In this document: piece by piece, positions 50,716 through 61,628 of the stretch
Numbering within the stretch: position 1 is the first letter of the stretch
Layout of the letters: the number at the start of each line of letters is the position of its first letter
The notes under the pieces: generated by a model
Told to the model about the DNA's origin: nothing
Databases searched by the model: none
Seen by the model: the letters and a program-made list of their open reading frames with translations, nothing else
Source of the DNA: Pseudomonadota bacterium
Lineage (GTDB): Bacteria > Pseudomonadota > Gammaproteobacteria > Burkholderiales > Burkholderiaceae_C
Direction: 5' to 3'
Assembly: GCA_018241405.1 (NCBI GenBank)
Contig: JAFEDY010000032.1
Span: 5,725-69,724 of the forward strand
Length of the DNA stretch: 64,000 nucleotides
Made by a program: the position numbers and the translations under genes

Positions 50716-51687
50716 TCACATTTTCTCGAAAGCGATGTCCTTGACGAGGCGCGCCCAGGCCTGGTTGGAGCGCTCCACCGTCTCCTTGAACTGCTGTGGT
50801 GTCTGGTAGTCCACGATGGCCGATTGCTGCTCTATGGTCTTGAGCAGCTCCGGGTTCTGCAGCGTCTTCTTCAACGCGGCGCTCAACCTGTCGAGCACGG
50901 CAGCATCGAGGTTGGCCGGCGCCCCAATGCCGTACCACGACATTTGGTTCATGGGCTTGAGCCCCACCTCGGCATAGGTGGGCACATCGGGCAGGCTGGC
51001 CAGGCGCTTGGGACTGGACACGGCCAGCGCACGCAGCTGCTTGCCGGCAATCAGGCCACCGGATGAGGGCATGTTGTCGAACACCACGTCGATCTGCCTT
51101 GCCATCAGGTCGTTCAAGGCCGGGCCCAGGCCCTTATAGGGCACATGGGTGATCTGCGTGCCCGTGGTGTTGCCGAACAGCGCGCCGCTCAGATGACTGT
51201 AGCCGCCATTGCCAGAGGAGCCGTAGTTGAGCCTGCCCGGCGCCTTGCGCGCGGCCTCCACCACGTCCTGGGCCGTCTTGTAGGGCGAGTCGAAGCCGAC
51301 CACCATCACGCCCGGCACGTTGGCGATGTTGCTGATGGGCGTGAAGTCCTTTACCGGGTCGTAGGCTGGCTTGGCGTAGACATTGGGGTTCACCGCATGC
51401 GAGCTCTCGACCATCATCACCAGCGTGTAGCCGTCCGCGGGCTGCTTGGAGGCGTAGAGCGAACCGGTGCTGCCACCGGCGCCGGGCCGGTTTTCGACGA
51501 ACACCGACTGGCCCAGTTCCTCGCCCAGATAGCGTGCCACCACACGGCCGATCACGTCGGTGGCGCCGCCTACGGCATAGGGCACGATCAGGCGCACGGG
51601 CTTGTCGGGGTAGCCCGCGGCCCAGGCAGCGGGCAGTGCGGCGACTCCCAGCGCAAGCGCCAGCAAGGTCTTTTTCACATGCTTCAT
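50716..51687 (-). CDS. Bug/TctC-family tripartite tricarboxylate transporter substrate-binding protein
   Basis: 323 aa with a signal peptide; YPDKPVRLIVPYAVGGATD motif. Confidence 0.88.
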   Translation of the reverse strand: MKHVKKTLLALALGVAALPAAWAAGYPDKPVRLIVPYAVGGATDVIGRVVARYLGEELGQSVFVENRPGAGGSTGSLYASKQPADGYTLVMMVESSHAVNPNVYAKPAYDPVKDFTPISNIANVPGVMVVGFDSPYKTAQDVVEAARKAPGRLNYGSSGNGGYSHLSGALFGNTTGTQITHVPYKGLGPALNDLMARQIDVVFDNMPSSGGLIAGKQLRALAVSSPKRLASLPDVPTYAEVGLKPMNQMSWYGIGAPANLDAAVLDRLSAALKKTLQNPELLKTIEQQSAIVDYQTPQQFKETVERSNQAWARLVKDIAFEKM

Positions 51688-52866
51688 TCAGGTCTCCTGT
51701 TGGGTGTAGTGAGCGGCCTCTGGCAGTGCCGCAGGCCCGAGTACCGGGGGCGGTGTGACAGGCGCGGCCTGCCCCGCGGGCAGCATGGGGTTGCGCACCA
51801 GCCTCAGCCTGCCCAGCTGCGGGTGCTCCACGGTCTGCAGCATCTGGCGGTGCTGCACCTGGGGGTGTTCAAACACCTGCTCCAGGTCGTTGATGTTTCC
51901 CCATGAGATGCCATTCGCGTCCAGCGCCTGACCCAGCGCGGCCACCTGCCATCGCGCCAGCTCCTCGCGCAGCAGCGGGCGTAGCCGCTTGAGGTGCGTG
52001 AGGCGCCCGGCATTGGTGGCGAACTCGGGCTGCTGGTGCCAGTCTGCACCCATCAGACCACAGAAGGCTGCGAACTGATGGTCGTTGCCTATGGCCAGGA
52101 TGATGTAGCCGTCAGCACAGGCAAACACCTCGTAGGGCGCCAGGTTGGGATGGGTATTGCCGCTGCGCACCGGGCAATCCCCCGACACCAGGTAATTGCT
52201 CGCCTGATTCGCATTCATGGCCACGGCCACGTCCAGCAGGGCGATGTCCAGATGCTGGCCATGGCCCGTGCGGCCGCGCTGCACCAGGGCCGCCAGCACG
52301 GCGCTGGTGGCGTACATGCCGGTCATCAGGTCCACCACGGCCACGCCGGCGCGCAGCGGGCCCGCGCCGGGCTCGCCGTCTTCAATGCCGGTGTAGCTCA
52401 TCAGGCCGCCCATGCCCTGGAAGATGTAGTCGTAGCCCGGCCTGTGGGCAAACGGGCCGCTCTGGCCGAAGCCGGTGACGGACAGATAGATCAGGCCCGG
52501 GTTGAGCGCGGCCAGCGCGGCGTAGTCCAGGCCGTATTTGGCCAGCGTGCCGACCTTGTAGTTCTCCACCAGCACATCGGCGTCGCGGATCTGGCGCAGC
52601 AGCCAGTCGCGGTCGGTGGAGTCGGCAAAGTCCGCCGTCACCGACTGCTTGCCACGGTTGCAGGACAGGAAATAGGCCGCCACCTTCTCGCCCGATGCGG
52701 CCGTGACGAAGGGCGGCCCCCAGGCGCGCGTATCGTCGCCCTGGACTGGCCGCTCCACCTTGAGCACCTGGGCGCCCAGGTCGGCCAGGTTCTGGGTGCA
52801 CCAGGGCCCGGCCAGGATGCGCGACAGGTCTACCACCCGCACGCCTTGCAGTGCATGCGCAAGCAT
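51688..52866 (-). CDS. family III (CaiB/BaiF) CoA-transferase
   Basis: Start MLAHALQGVRVVDLSRILAGPWCTQNLADLGA; typical class III N-terminus. Confidence 0.9.
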   Translation of the reverse strand: MLAHALQGVRVVDLSRILAGPWCTQNLADLGAQVLKVERPVQGDDTRAWGPPFVTAASGEKVAAYFLSCNRGKQSVTADFADSTDRDWLLRQIRDADVLVENYKVGTLAKYGLDYAALAALNPGLIYLSVTGFGQSGPFAHRPGYDYIFQGMGGLMSYTGIEDGEPGAGPLRAGVAVVDLMTGMYATSAVLAALVQRGRTGHGQHLDIALLDVAVAMNANQASNYLVSGDCPVRSGNTHPNLAPYEVFACADGYIILAIGNDHQFAAFCGLMGADWHQQPEFATNAGRLTHLKRLRPLLREELARWQVAALGQALDANGISWGNINDLEQVFEHPQVQHRQMLQTVEHPQLGRLRLVRNPMLPAGQAAPVTPPPVLGPAALPEAAHYTQQET

Positions 52867-52876
52867 CACATCTCTC

Positions 52877-54040
52877 CTATAACTCGGACGACAGAATCGC
52901 CGTGGCCTCGCTGGACAGCACGCCGCCGTTGCCATGCACCAGCGCCGTCTGCGCGCCGGCCACCTGCCTGGCCATGGCTTCGCCGCGCAGCTGCGTCACG
53001 GCCTCGATGATCAGGAAGATGCTGTACATGCCCGGGTGCACGCAGGACAGGCCGCCGCCATTGGTGTTCATGGGGAAGGCGCCGCCCGGTGCAATGCGCC
53101 CGCCCGCTATGAAGGCGCCGCCCTCGCCCTTTTTGCAGAAGCCCAGGTCTTCCAGGAACAGGATGGGGTTGATGGTGAAGGCGTCGTACAGCTCCACCAC
53201 GTCGATGTCGGCCGGCGTCAAACCCGCCTGTGCGAAGGCCTTGCGCCCGGACTCCACGGCCGGGGTCACCGTCAGGTCTTCCATGCAGGAAATCTGCCGG
53301 TGCCAATGCGCAAAACCGCTGCCCAGCACATAGATGGGCTTGGCGTGCAGCGCCTGGGCGCGTTTGGCCGAGCTGACCACGATGGCGCCCGCGCCGTCCG
53401 TGACCAGGCAGCAGTCGAGCGTGGTGAACGGGTCCGAGATCATCTTGGCGTTGATCACGTCGTCCACGCTCAAGGGCTTTTTGGAGAAGGCGTCGGGATT
53501 GAGCTGCGCCCACTGGCGCGCGGCCACCGCCACCTCGGCGAGCTGCTGGCGCGTGGTGCCGTACTCGTACATGTGGCGCGCCGCGGCCAGCGCATAGCTG
53601 GATACCGGGTTGAAGGCCTTGTACGGGTGCTCATAGGGCTGGGGGTCGAGCTCGGCGCGCATCTGGTTGATGCGCGAGCTGCTCGGTGCGCTGCGCGGCG
53701 TGGCGCCGTAGCAGATCAGCACGTTCTCGCATTCACCGGCATCGATCGCCATCTGCGCGATCTTCAGGTCGGCGATGAAGGCCGAGCCGCCGAACATGGT
53801 GCTGTCGGAAAAGCGCGGTCTGATCCCCAGGTATTCGGCCATGCGCATCACCCACCACGGCGAGGTCAGGCTGGAGGTGATGATGCCGTCGATGTCGGAC
53901 TTGCGCAGGCCGCTGCGCTCGATCGCCAGGCAGCTGGCGCGGGCGATGATTTCCTGCTCGGTGGCGCCGCCGGCATGGCCCATGCCGGCCAGGCCCGTGC
54001 CCAGGATGGCGATAGAGCCGCGTGAAGTGTTTGTGGTCAT
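52877..54040 (-). CDS. thiolase-like (SCP-x/nonspecific lipid-transfer type) protein
   Basis: Start MTTNTSRGSIAILGTG inside ORF 52877..54301; thiolase-fold C-terminal GGGLS and HGNGG. Confidence 0.85.
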   Translation of the reverse strand: MTTNTSRGSIAILGTGLAGMGHAGGATEQEIIARASCLAIERSGLRKSDIDGIITSSLTSPWWVMRMAEYLGIRPRFSDSTMFGGSAFIADLKIAQMAIDAGECENVLICYGATPRSAPSSSRINQMRAELDPQPYEHPYKAFNPVSSYALAAARHMYEYGTTRQQLAEVAVAARQWAQLNPDAFSKKPLSVDDVINAKMISDPFTTLDCCLVTDGAGAIVVSSAKRAQALHAKPIYVLGSGFAHWHRQISCMEDLTVTPAVESGRKAFAQAGLTPADIDVVELYDAFTINPILFLEDLGFCKKGEGGAFIAGGRIAPGGAFPMNTNGGGLSCVHPGMYSIFLIIEAVTQLRGEAMARQVAGAQTALVHGNGGVLSSEATAILSSEL

Positions 54041-54435
54041 GCCTGCTCCTCGCTGGCGGTGAAGACCAGCAACGGCCCCTCGGCCGTGGCATCGATGCGG
54101 GCGCGCACGGCCTGGCCTATGCGCACCTGCTCCACCGGCATGTCCACGACGCGGCTCATCAGGCGCGGGCCCTCCTCCAGATCCACCAGCACCACCGTGT
54201 AGTCGCCCTCCGCACGGCGCACGATGGTCACCGAATACACCCGGCCATGGCCCGAGGGCGCGACCCATTGCAGCTGCTGCGAGCCGCAGTAGGGGCAGCA
54301 CAGGCGCGGGTAGAAGTGGTGCCTGCCGCAGGACAGGCAGCGCGGTATCTCGAAGCGTCCCTCGGCCAGCGCGCCGAAGTAGCGCTGGTCGCAGGCGCTG
54401 GCCGTGGCCGCTTGCGGCGTGCCGATATTGGACAT
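54037..54435 (-). CDS. DUF35 OB-fold/zinc-ribbon protein, partner of the thiolase-like protein
   Basis: 132 aa with a CxxC...CxxC ribbon (CLSCGRHHFYPRLCCPYCGS). Its stop overlaps the thiolase ATG (ATGA). Confidence 0.85.
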   Translation of the reverse strand: MSNIGTPQAATASACDQRYFGALAEGRFEIPRCLSCGRHHFYPRLCCPYCGSQQLQWVAPSGHGRVYSVTIVRRAEGDYTVVLVDLEEGPRLMSRVVDMPVEQVRIGQAVRARIDATAEGPLLVFTASEEQA

Positions 54436-54439
54436 GGCG

Positions 54440-55438
54440 CTACTCCTCCGACTTGACGCCGGTCTCTGAGACGACGCGCTGCCACTTCGCCACCTCGCCG
54501 GCCACGAAGCCGCGCGTCTGCGCCAGATCCATCACCCCCAGCGGCTCGCTGTACTGCAGGCGCAGGCGTTCGGTCATCTCGGGCGAATTCATGATCTTGT
54601 TGATCTCGCCATTGAGCTGTGCCAGCACCGGCGCCGGAGTGCCCGCGGGCGCATACAGGCCGAGCCAGGTGTAGACGTCGAAGTCCTTGAACTGCGGCCC
54701 CGCCTCGCGCAGCGTGGGCAGCTCGGGGAACAGCCTGCTGCGCTCGGCCGCCATGTTGGCGATGGGACGCAACCGTCCCGAGGCGATGAAGGCCGAGACG
54801 CTCATGGAGTCCTGCACCGCCATAGGGATCTGGCCCGCCACCGCATCATTGGTGGCCGGCGCCGCGCCCTTGTAGGGCACATGGTTGAACTGGTAGCCCG
54901 TGGCCTTGCGCAGCCATTCGCCCCCCAGATGGGTGGAGCCCGCGGCGCCCGCCGTGCCGAAGGGAATGTTCGATTGCGTCTTGGCCCAGGCCAGGAATTC
55001 CTGGGTGTTCTTGGCCGGCACGCTGGGGTTGACGACGATCAGGTTGGGCGCCCGCGCCAGCACGGCCACGGGCTCCAGGCTCTTGAGCGGGTCGTAGCCC
55101 ACCTTCTTCATCGCCGGGGCAATCACATAGCCGGTCGCGCCCACCAGCAGGGTGTAGCCGTCATGGGGCTGGCGGGCGACATACTCCGTGCCCACCTGGC
55201 CGGCGCCGCCCGGGCGGTTTTCCACGACAAAGGGCTGCTTGAGCCGCTCCTGCAGCTCCTTGGCGAGGGCACGGCTGACGATGTCCGTCATGCCGCCCGG
55301 CGGAAAGGCCACGACCACCGTGACGGGCTTGTTGGGATAGGCACCGCCCTGGGCCTGGGCCGGCATGAGCGATGTCGCCAGGGCCAGGCCCGTGGCATAG
55401 GCCAGGCAACGCGCCTTGGCGCGCAATGTGAAAGCCAT
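54440..55438 (-). CDS. Bug/TctC-family substrate-binding protein
   Basis: Start MAFTLRAKARCLAYATGLALA; YPNKPVTVVVAFPPGGMTD motif. Confidence 0.88.
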   Translation of the reverse strand: MAFTLRAKARCLAYATGLALATSLMPAQAQGGAYPNKPVTVVVAFPPGGMTDIVSRALAKELQERLKQPFVVENRPGGAGQVGTEYVARQPHDGYTLLVGATGYVIAPAMKKVGYDPLKSLEPVAVLARAPNLIVVNPSVPAKNTQEFLAWAKTQSNIPFGTAGAAGSTHLGGEWLRKATGYQFNHVPYKGAAPATNDAVAGQIPMAVQDSMSVSAFIASGRLRPIANMAAERSRLFPELPTLREAGPQFKDFDVYTWLGLYAPAGTPAPVLAQLNGEINKIMNSPEMTERLRLQYSEPLGVMDLAQTRGFVAGEVAKWQRVVSETGVKSEE

Positions 55439-55530
55439 CGTGTCTCCTTTATGTCCTGTGCCGGGCCAGTGTAGGAAGCACCGCCGCATGGGGCCATCAG
55501 AAAGATTCGAAGGCTGTCTTGAAGGATTTT

Positions 55531-56442
55531 TCAGGCCGGCGCGCGCGTCATGGCCACCTGTGGGTCTTCGAGCAGAAAGTTCACGAATTCGGTGATGAAG
55601 CCCGGAAACCGCGCGTCCTTGCGCACCACCAGGCTCAGCTCGCGCAGGGCCCAGGACTCGTCGAGTTGCAAAATCGCGATCTGTCGTGTCAGGTGGCCGC
55701 CCAGCACGCTGCTGGGCACGAGCGCAATGCCCACGCCCGCGGCCACCAGCGACAGCACGGCGTCAAAGCTATGGGCATGCAGGCGTGCGCGCACGGCCTT
55801 GCCCAGGCGCTGCGCGCTGTCGCGCAGGAACAGGTAGTTGCTGCTGCTGCGCGCCATGCAGACAAAGTCGAAATCCAGCGCCGCGCCCAGCCTGATGCGT
55901 GTCTGCGCCGCCAGCACATGTTCGCGCGGCGTGACGATGACCAGTCGATCGACGGCGTAGGGATGGGTGGCAAGCCCCTGCACATCAGACGGGCCGGCGA
56001 AGATGCCGATATCGGCCTCGCGCGCCAGCACCGCCGCGGGAATGGTTTCGCTCTGGCGCTCCTCGATCTCGGCATCTATGCCCGGGTAGGCGACCAGGAA
56101 GCGCCCCAGGGTCGGCGTGACGAAGCCGTTCAGCGCGCTGCTGTTGGCAATAAGCCGCACATGGCCCTTGGCGCCGGAGATGAAGCGGCTCACGTCGCCC
56201 TGCATGCGCGCAATGCCCTCGAACAGCTCGCGCACATGCAGCAGCACGGCGTCGCCCGCGGGGGTCAGATCCATGCCGCGCGGCGTGCGCTCGAACAGCG
56301 CCGTGCCCAGCGCCTGCTCCAGGTTCTTGAGCCGGTAGCTCGCGGCCGACGGCGTGATGAACACGGCGGCGGCGCCGGCCGTCAGGCTGCGCGCCTGGGC
56401 GATCTCAAGGAACAGCCGCAGGTCCGAGAGCTCGTAGCGCAT
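55531..56442 (-). CDS. LysR-family transcriptional regulator
   Basis: Start MRYELSDLRLFLEIAQARSLTAGAAAVFITPSAASYRLKNLE inside ORF 55531..56769. Confidence 0.9.
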   Translation of the reverse strand: MRYELSDLRLFLEIAQARSLTAGAAAVFITPSAASYRLKNLEQALGTALFERTPRGMDLTPAGDAVLLHVRELFEGIARMQGDVSRFISGAKGHVRLIANSSALNGFVTPTLGRFLVAYPGIDAEIEERQSETIPAAVLAREADIGIFAGPSDVQGLATHPYAVDRLVIVTPREHVLAAQTRIRLGAALDFDFVCMARSSSNYLFLRDSAQRLGKAVRARLHAHSFDAVLSLVAAGVGIALVPSSVLGGHLTRQIAILQLDESWALRELSLVVRKDARFPGFITEFVNFLLEDPQVAMTRAPA

Positions 56443-56447
56443 GGCGG

Positions 56448-57197
56448 CTACTGCACCGCGGCGGCATTGAGCGCCGCCAGCCGCTCGGGCGTGCCCACGT
56501 CCGTCCAGCGGCCCGGGTACAGCTCGGCCGTGACGCGGCCCGCGTCCATGGCGCGGCGCAAGAGCGGCGCCAGCGGCACGGCCAGGCCCTCGGGGTTGCC
56601 CGCGGGGATGTTGCACCAGGGCGCAGCGAACAACTCGGCGCGCAAGAGGGCGATGGTGCTGTAGGTGTAGCGCGGCCGGGGGTCGTCTGCGGGCAGGTTC
56701 AGGGCCAGGCCGTGATCGGACAGGCCGAAGTCGCCGCGCGGGTTGTGCGCCGGGTTCTGCACCAGCCACAGGTGGGCCAACGCGTCGCTGTTAGCAAAGC
56801 GCTGCGCCGCGGCGGGGTCGAACAGGAAGTCGGGCGCAAACACGTCGCCCGCGGCCAGCCAGAACATGGGCCCAAGCCGGGGCAGCGCACGCGCGATACC
56901 GCCGGCCGTCTCCAGCGCGCGGCCAAAGTCCACGCCCTCGTGAGAGTATGAAATTGATAGCTGCTTGCGCTTATCCAGCAATTGGTTAAGGCCAAAATAA
57001 CTTGAAATTTGCTCGCCCAGCCAGGCCGTGTTGATGACCACCTGCGCCACGCCGGCATCGGCCAGCGCCTGCAGGTGCCAGGCCAGCAGCGGCCGGCCCT
57101 GCACTTCGAGCAGGGGCTTGGGAACATGGTCGGTCAGGGGGCGCATGCGCTCGCCGCGGCCGGCGGCCAGCAGCAGGGCGGGGGGCTGTGTGTGCAT
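56448..57197 (-). CDS. sugar-1-phosphate nucleotidylyltransferase (MurU-like)
   Basis: Start MHTQPPALLLAAGRGERMRPLTDHVPKPLL inside the antisense giant ORF 56448..59303. Repeat copy L lies inside it. Confidence 0.72.
   Translation of the reverse strand: MHTQPPALLLAAGRGERMRPLTDHVPKPLLEVQGRPLLAWHLQALADAGVAQVVINTAWLGEQISSYFGLNQLLDKRKQLSISYSHEGVDFGRALETAGGIARALPRLGPMFWLAAGDVFAPDFLFDPAAAQRFANSDALAHLWLVQNPAHNPRGDFGLSDHGLALNLPADDPRPRYTYSTIALLRAELFAAPWCNIPAGNPEGLAVPLAPLLRRAMDAGRVTAELYPGRWTDVGTPERLAALNAAAVQ
56950..57010 (+). repeat. repeat copy L, inside the MurU-like ORF (read on the opposite strand)
   Basis: gaaattgATAGCTGCTTGCGCTTATccagCAATTGGTTAAGGCCaaaataacttgaaattt. It shares the identical 15-mer ATAGCTGCTTGCGCT with copy A. 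Confidence 0.8.
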
Positions 57198-57308
57198 GGC
57201 TTGCACTGTAGTGCATTGCCCTACCGCCAGAGTCGCCATGCGGGGCGCCCGGTAGCACCCCGGTAAAATGGCGGGCTTTGCCACAGCCCCTTTTGGAGCA
57301 GCCCCTAC

Positions 57309-59366
57309 ATGGCCAATGCACAACAAATGGCGAATGCGATCCGCGCACTCGCAATGGATGCCGTTCAACAAGCCAACTCCGGCCACCCCGGCGCCCCCAT
57401 GGGCATGGCCGACATGGCCGTGGCGCTGTGGGGCCAGCACCTCAGGCACAACCCTGCCAACCCGCAGTGGCTGGACCGCGACCGCTTCGTGCTGTCCAAC
57501 GGCCACGCCTCCATGGTGCTGTATGCGCTGCTGCACCTGACGGGCTATGACCTGCCTATCCAGGAGCTGAAGAACTTCCGCCAGCTGCACAGCAAGACGG
57601 CGGGCCACCCCGAGCACGGCATCACCCCCGGCGTGGAGACCACCACCGGTCCGCTGGGCCAGGGCGTGACCAACGCCGTGGGCTTTGCGCTGGCCGAGAA
57701 GCTGCTGGCCAAGGAATTCAACCGCGATGGCCACAAGGTGGTGGACCACCACACCTATGTCTTCCTGGGCGACGGCTGCCTGATGGAGGGCATCAGCCAC
57801 GAGGCCATCGCGCTGGCCGGCGCCTGGAAGCTCAACAAGCTGATCGCGCTGTACGACGACAACGGCATCAGCATCGACGGCCAGGTCGCGCCCTGGTTCA
57901 TCGACGACACGCCCGCGCGCCTGCGCGCCTGCGGCTGGAACGTGATCGGCCCCGTGGACGGCCATGACGCCGGCGCCGTGTCCGACGCCATCCGCCTGGC
58001 CAAGGACAGCCATGACAAGCCCAGCTTCATCGTCTGCAAGACGGCCATTGGCCAGGGTTCGCCCAACCGCGCGAACACCGCCAAGGCCCACGGCGAGCCG
58101 CTGGGCGCGGACGAAATTACGCTGACGCGCAACGCGATCGGCTGGAGCCACGCGCCGTTCGAGATCCCCGCCGAGGTCTACGCCGACTGGAGCGCACGCG
58201 ACGCCGGCGCCCAGGCTGAAGCTGCGTGGCGCCAGCGCTTCGACGCCTACGCCGCCGCCTACCCCGAGCTGGCCGCCGAGCTGACGCGCCGCATGGCCGG
58301 CGACCTGCCCAGGCATTTCGCGCAGACCGCCGTGGATGCCGTGGTGGCGGCCCATGCCAAGGCCGAGACCGTGGCCAGCCGCAAGGCCAGCCAGATCGCG
58401 CTGGAGGCCTTCACCGCCCAGCTGCCCGAGCTGCTGGGCGGCAGCGCCGACCTGACCGGCTCCAACCTGACCAACACCAAGAGCACGCCCGCGCTGCGCT
58501 TCGACGAGGCCGGCGAGGTGGTGCAGACCGAGGTCACGCTGGGCGAGCAGACCGTGCGCCTGGGCGGGCGCCACATCAACTACGGCGTGCGCGAATTCGG
58601 CATGGCCGCCATCATGAACGGCATTGCGCTGCACGGCGGCTTCATCCCCTACGGCGGCACCTTCCTCACCTTCAGCGACTACAGCCGCAACGCCATCCGC
58701 ATGGCGGCGCTGATGAAGCAGCGCGTGATCCACGTGTTCACGCACGATTCCATCGGCCTGGGCGAGGACGGGCCCACGCACCAGTCCATCGAGCATGCCG
58801 CCAGCCTGCGCCTGATTCCGGGCCTGGACGTGTGGCGCCCGGGCGATACCACCGAAACCGCCGTGGCCTGGAGCGTGGCACTGTCCAACCGCAACAAGCC
58901 CACGGCGCTGCTGCTCAGCCGCCAGAACCTGGCCTATGCGCCCAAGACCGACCTGGGCGACATCTCGCGCGGCGCCTACATCCTGTCCGAGCCCAAGGAC
59001 ATTGGCCTGAAGAAAAAGGCCCAGGCGGTCATCATCGCCACCGGCTCCGAGGTGCAGCTGGCCCTGGCCGCGCAAAAGCTCCTGGCCGAGAAAAAGATCG
59101 CCGTGCGCGTGGTCTCCATGCCCAGCACCACCACCTTCGACCGCGAGGACGTCAAATACAAGAAGCTCGTGCTGCCCGCCGGCCTGCCGCGCATCGCGGT
59201 CGAGATGGGCGTCACCGACTTCTGGTGGAAGTACGGCTGCGCCGCCGTGGTCGGCATCGACTGCTATGGCGAGTCGGCCCCCGCCGGCGTGCTGTTCAAG
59301 CACTTCGGCTTCACCGCCGAGAACGTGGCCGACACCGTGCGCGTGGCGCTTTCGCGCAAGCGCTGA
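57309..59366 (+). CDS. tkt: transketolase
   Basis: 685 aa; [19 protein letters not shown] and [14 protein letters not shown]. Confidence 0.97.
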   Translation: MANAQQMANAIRALAMDAVQQANSGHPGAPMGMADMAVALWGQHLRHNPANPQWLDRDRFVLSNGHASMVLYALLHLTGYDLPIQELKNFRQLHSKTAGHPEHGITPGVETTTGPLGQGVTNAVGFALAEKLLAKEFNRDGHKVVDHHTYVFLGDGCLMEGISHEAIALAGAWKLNKLIALYDDNGISIDGQVAPWFIDDTPARLRACGWNVIGPVDGHDAGAVSDAIRLAKDSHDKPSFIVCKTAIGQGSPNRANTAKAHGEPLGADEITLTRNAIGWSHAPFEIPAEVYADWSARDAGAQAEAAWRQRFDAYAAAYPELAAELTRRMAGDLPRHFAQTAVDAVVAAHAKAETVASRKASQIALEAFTAQLPELLGGSADLTGSNLTNTKSTPALRFDEAGEVVQTEVTLGEQTVRLGGRHINYGVREFGMAAIMNGIALHGGFIPYGGTFLTFSDYSRNAIRMAALMKQRVIHVFTHDSIGLGEDGPTHQSIEHAASLRLIPGLDVWRPGDTTETAVAWSVALSNRNKPTALLLSRQNLAYAPKTDLGDISRGAYILSEPKDIGLKKKAQAVIIATGSEVQLALAAQKLLAEKKIAVRVVSMPSTTTFDREDVKYKKLVLPAGLPRIAVEMGVTDFWWKYGCAAVVGIDCYGESAPAGVLFKHFGFTAENVADTVRVALSRKR

Positions 59367-60410
<1,044 letters not shown>

Positions 60411-60438
60411 GCCGCCGCCCCGCATCCCCCTGCACAGC

Positions 60439-60463
60439 AACGCGCCTTCGGGCGCGTTTTTTG
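60439..60463 (+). terminator. rho-independent terminator after gap
   Basis: AACGCGCC-ttcg-GGCGCGTT followed by TTTTGTG. Confidence 0.8.
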
Positions 60464-60475
60464 TGCCGCTGCGAA

Positions 60476-60516
60476 CAACAAAAAAGGCCGCGGGCACATT
60501 GCCATGCCCGCGGCCC
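60476..60516 (-). terminator. rho-independent terminator for the HPF-family gene
   Basis: Minus strand reads GGCCGCGGGCA-(8 nt)-TGCCCGCGGCC followed by TTTTTTG. Confidence 0.7.
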
Positions 60517-60521
60517 TTATG

Positions 60522-60580
60522 CAGAAAAAATTGGCTCTAACGCCTATCCATCAAGCGCAACAAGCTACGAAAAAAATAGC
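60522..60580 (-). repeat. repeat copy M, in the 3-prime UTR of the HPF-family gene
   Basis: The reverse complement reads tttttttcGTAGCTTGTTGCGCTTGATggaTAGGCGTTAGAGCCaattttttctgc. Confidence 0.65.
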
Positions 60581-60586
60581 ATCAGC

Positions 60587-60931
60587 CTACTCGGCCGTTC
60601 GAATGCTCTCCCGCCCCTGGCGATCCTTGGCGCGTGTGATGTCGTCGCCCAGCGAGCGCACCAGCTTGTCCAGCGCACCGGCTACGGCTTCGGCCACCTT
60701 GGCGGCCTCGGCGGTCGCGGCCACGGGCTGGCGGCCCGCGGGGCGGGCCTCGATCACGCAGCGCTTGTCGGCCACACCGGACTTGCCGGCGTCCACGTCG
60801 GACAGAAACACCTCCACGCGCGTCACATGTTCGCGAAAGCGCGTCAGCTTGGTTGCAACCTCTTCCTGCGTCCATTGGATCAGCGACTCTCCGCCCTGGA
60901 TGTGGTCGTTGGTGTGCACCTGAACTTGCAT
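60587..60931 (-). CDS. HPF/RaiA-family ribosome-associated protein (short form)
   Basis: Start MQVQVHTNDHIQGGESL with AAGGAGG upstream, inside ORF 60587..61021. Confidence 0.72.
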   Translation of the reverse strand: MQVQVHTNDHIQGGESLIQWTQEEVATKLTRFREHVTRVEVFLSDVDAGKSGVADKRCVIEARPAGRQPVAATAEAAKVAEAVAGALDKLVRSLGDDITRAKDRQGRESIRTAE

Positions 60932-61097
60932 GTTTTCCTCCTTGGGTTGAAACCGGGGCCCCGATGCAGACCCCATGGCATCCATCATGCGGCGCCCCGC
61001 GGGCAGCCGCTTGATTCGCATCCATTATGGGTCTTCGGCACCGCCTTGGATCGTGCGGCAGGCAAGCCTATCATGGCGCACACCCTGTCCGTGAAAG

Positions 61098-61559
61098 GTG
61101 CCATCCATGCTCTCGCAAGGAAACCCGCATGCGGCGCTGCGCGAACGCGTCGTCGGCAGCTGGCGCATGCTGTCCTGGACGCGCCGGCTGCCGGCGTCGG
61201 GAACGCGCACCGATGTTCTGGGCGCGCATCCCTTTGGCTACATCAACTATGCGCCCGACGGCCGCGTCATGGTGTTCGTGCTGCGCAGCGACCGCGTACG
61301 CCCCGCGCACAGCCCGCCGTCACCGGCCGAAAAGCTGGCGCTGTTCGACTCCATGTTCGCCTACGTGGGCCGCTACGAGGTGCTGGACGACCGCGTGGTC
61401 CACACGCTGGACGGCAGCTGGAACGAGTTGTGGACGGGCACGCAGCAGACAAGGCTTCTGCACTTCGAAGGGTCGCGCCTCATCTACGACACCCCTGAGA
61501 CCGTAGACCCCATGGACGGCCAGCTGTGCACCTATCAGGTGATCTTTGAGCGTGCATGA
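61098..61559 (+). CDS. lipocalin-like domain protein (hypothetical)
   Basis: 153 aa with a GTG start in the track; the ATG at 61107 is an alternative. VGSWRMLSW...INYAPDGRVMVF pattern. Confidence 0.45.
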   Translation: MPSMLSQGNPHAALRERVVGSWRMLSWTRRLPASGTRTDVLGAHPFGYINYAPDGRVMVFVLRSDRVRPAHSPPSPAEKLALFDSMFAYVGRYEVLDDRVVHTLDGSWNELWTGTQQTRLLHFEGSRLIYDTPETVDPMDGQLCTYQVIFERA

Positions 61560-61628
61560 TCCCCTGCCTCAGCCGGGGGACAGCGCACTCCTACAGACCA
61601 GCGCGCGCCGCAGTGTTACAACCCCTGG

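Noticed and set aside
55507-55526. LysR T-N11-A box in the LysR-to-Bug spacer.
   Set aside because: I could find only a direct repeat, TCGAAGG/TTGAAGG, and no clean T-N11-A dyad. It is mentioned under the operon finding but is not called as a feature.
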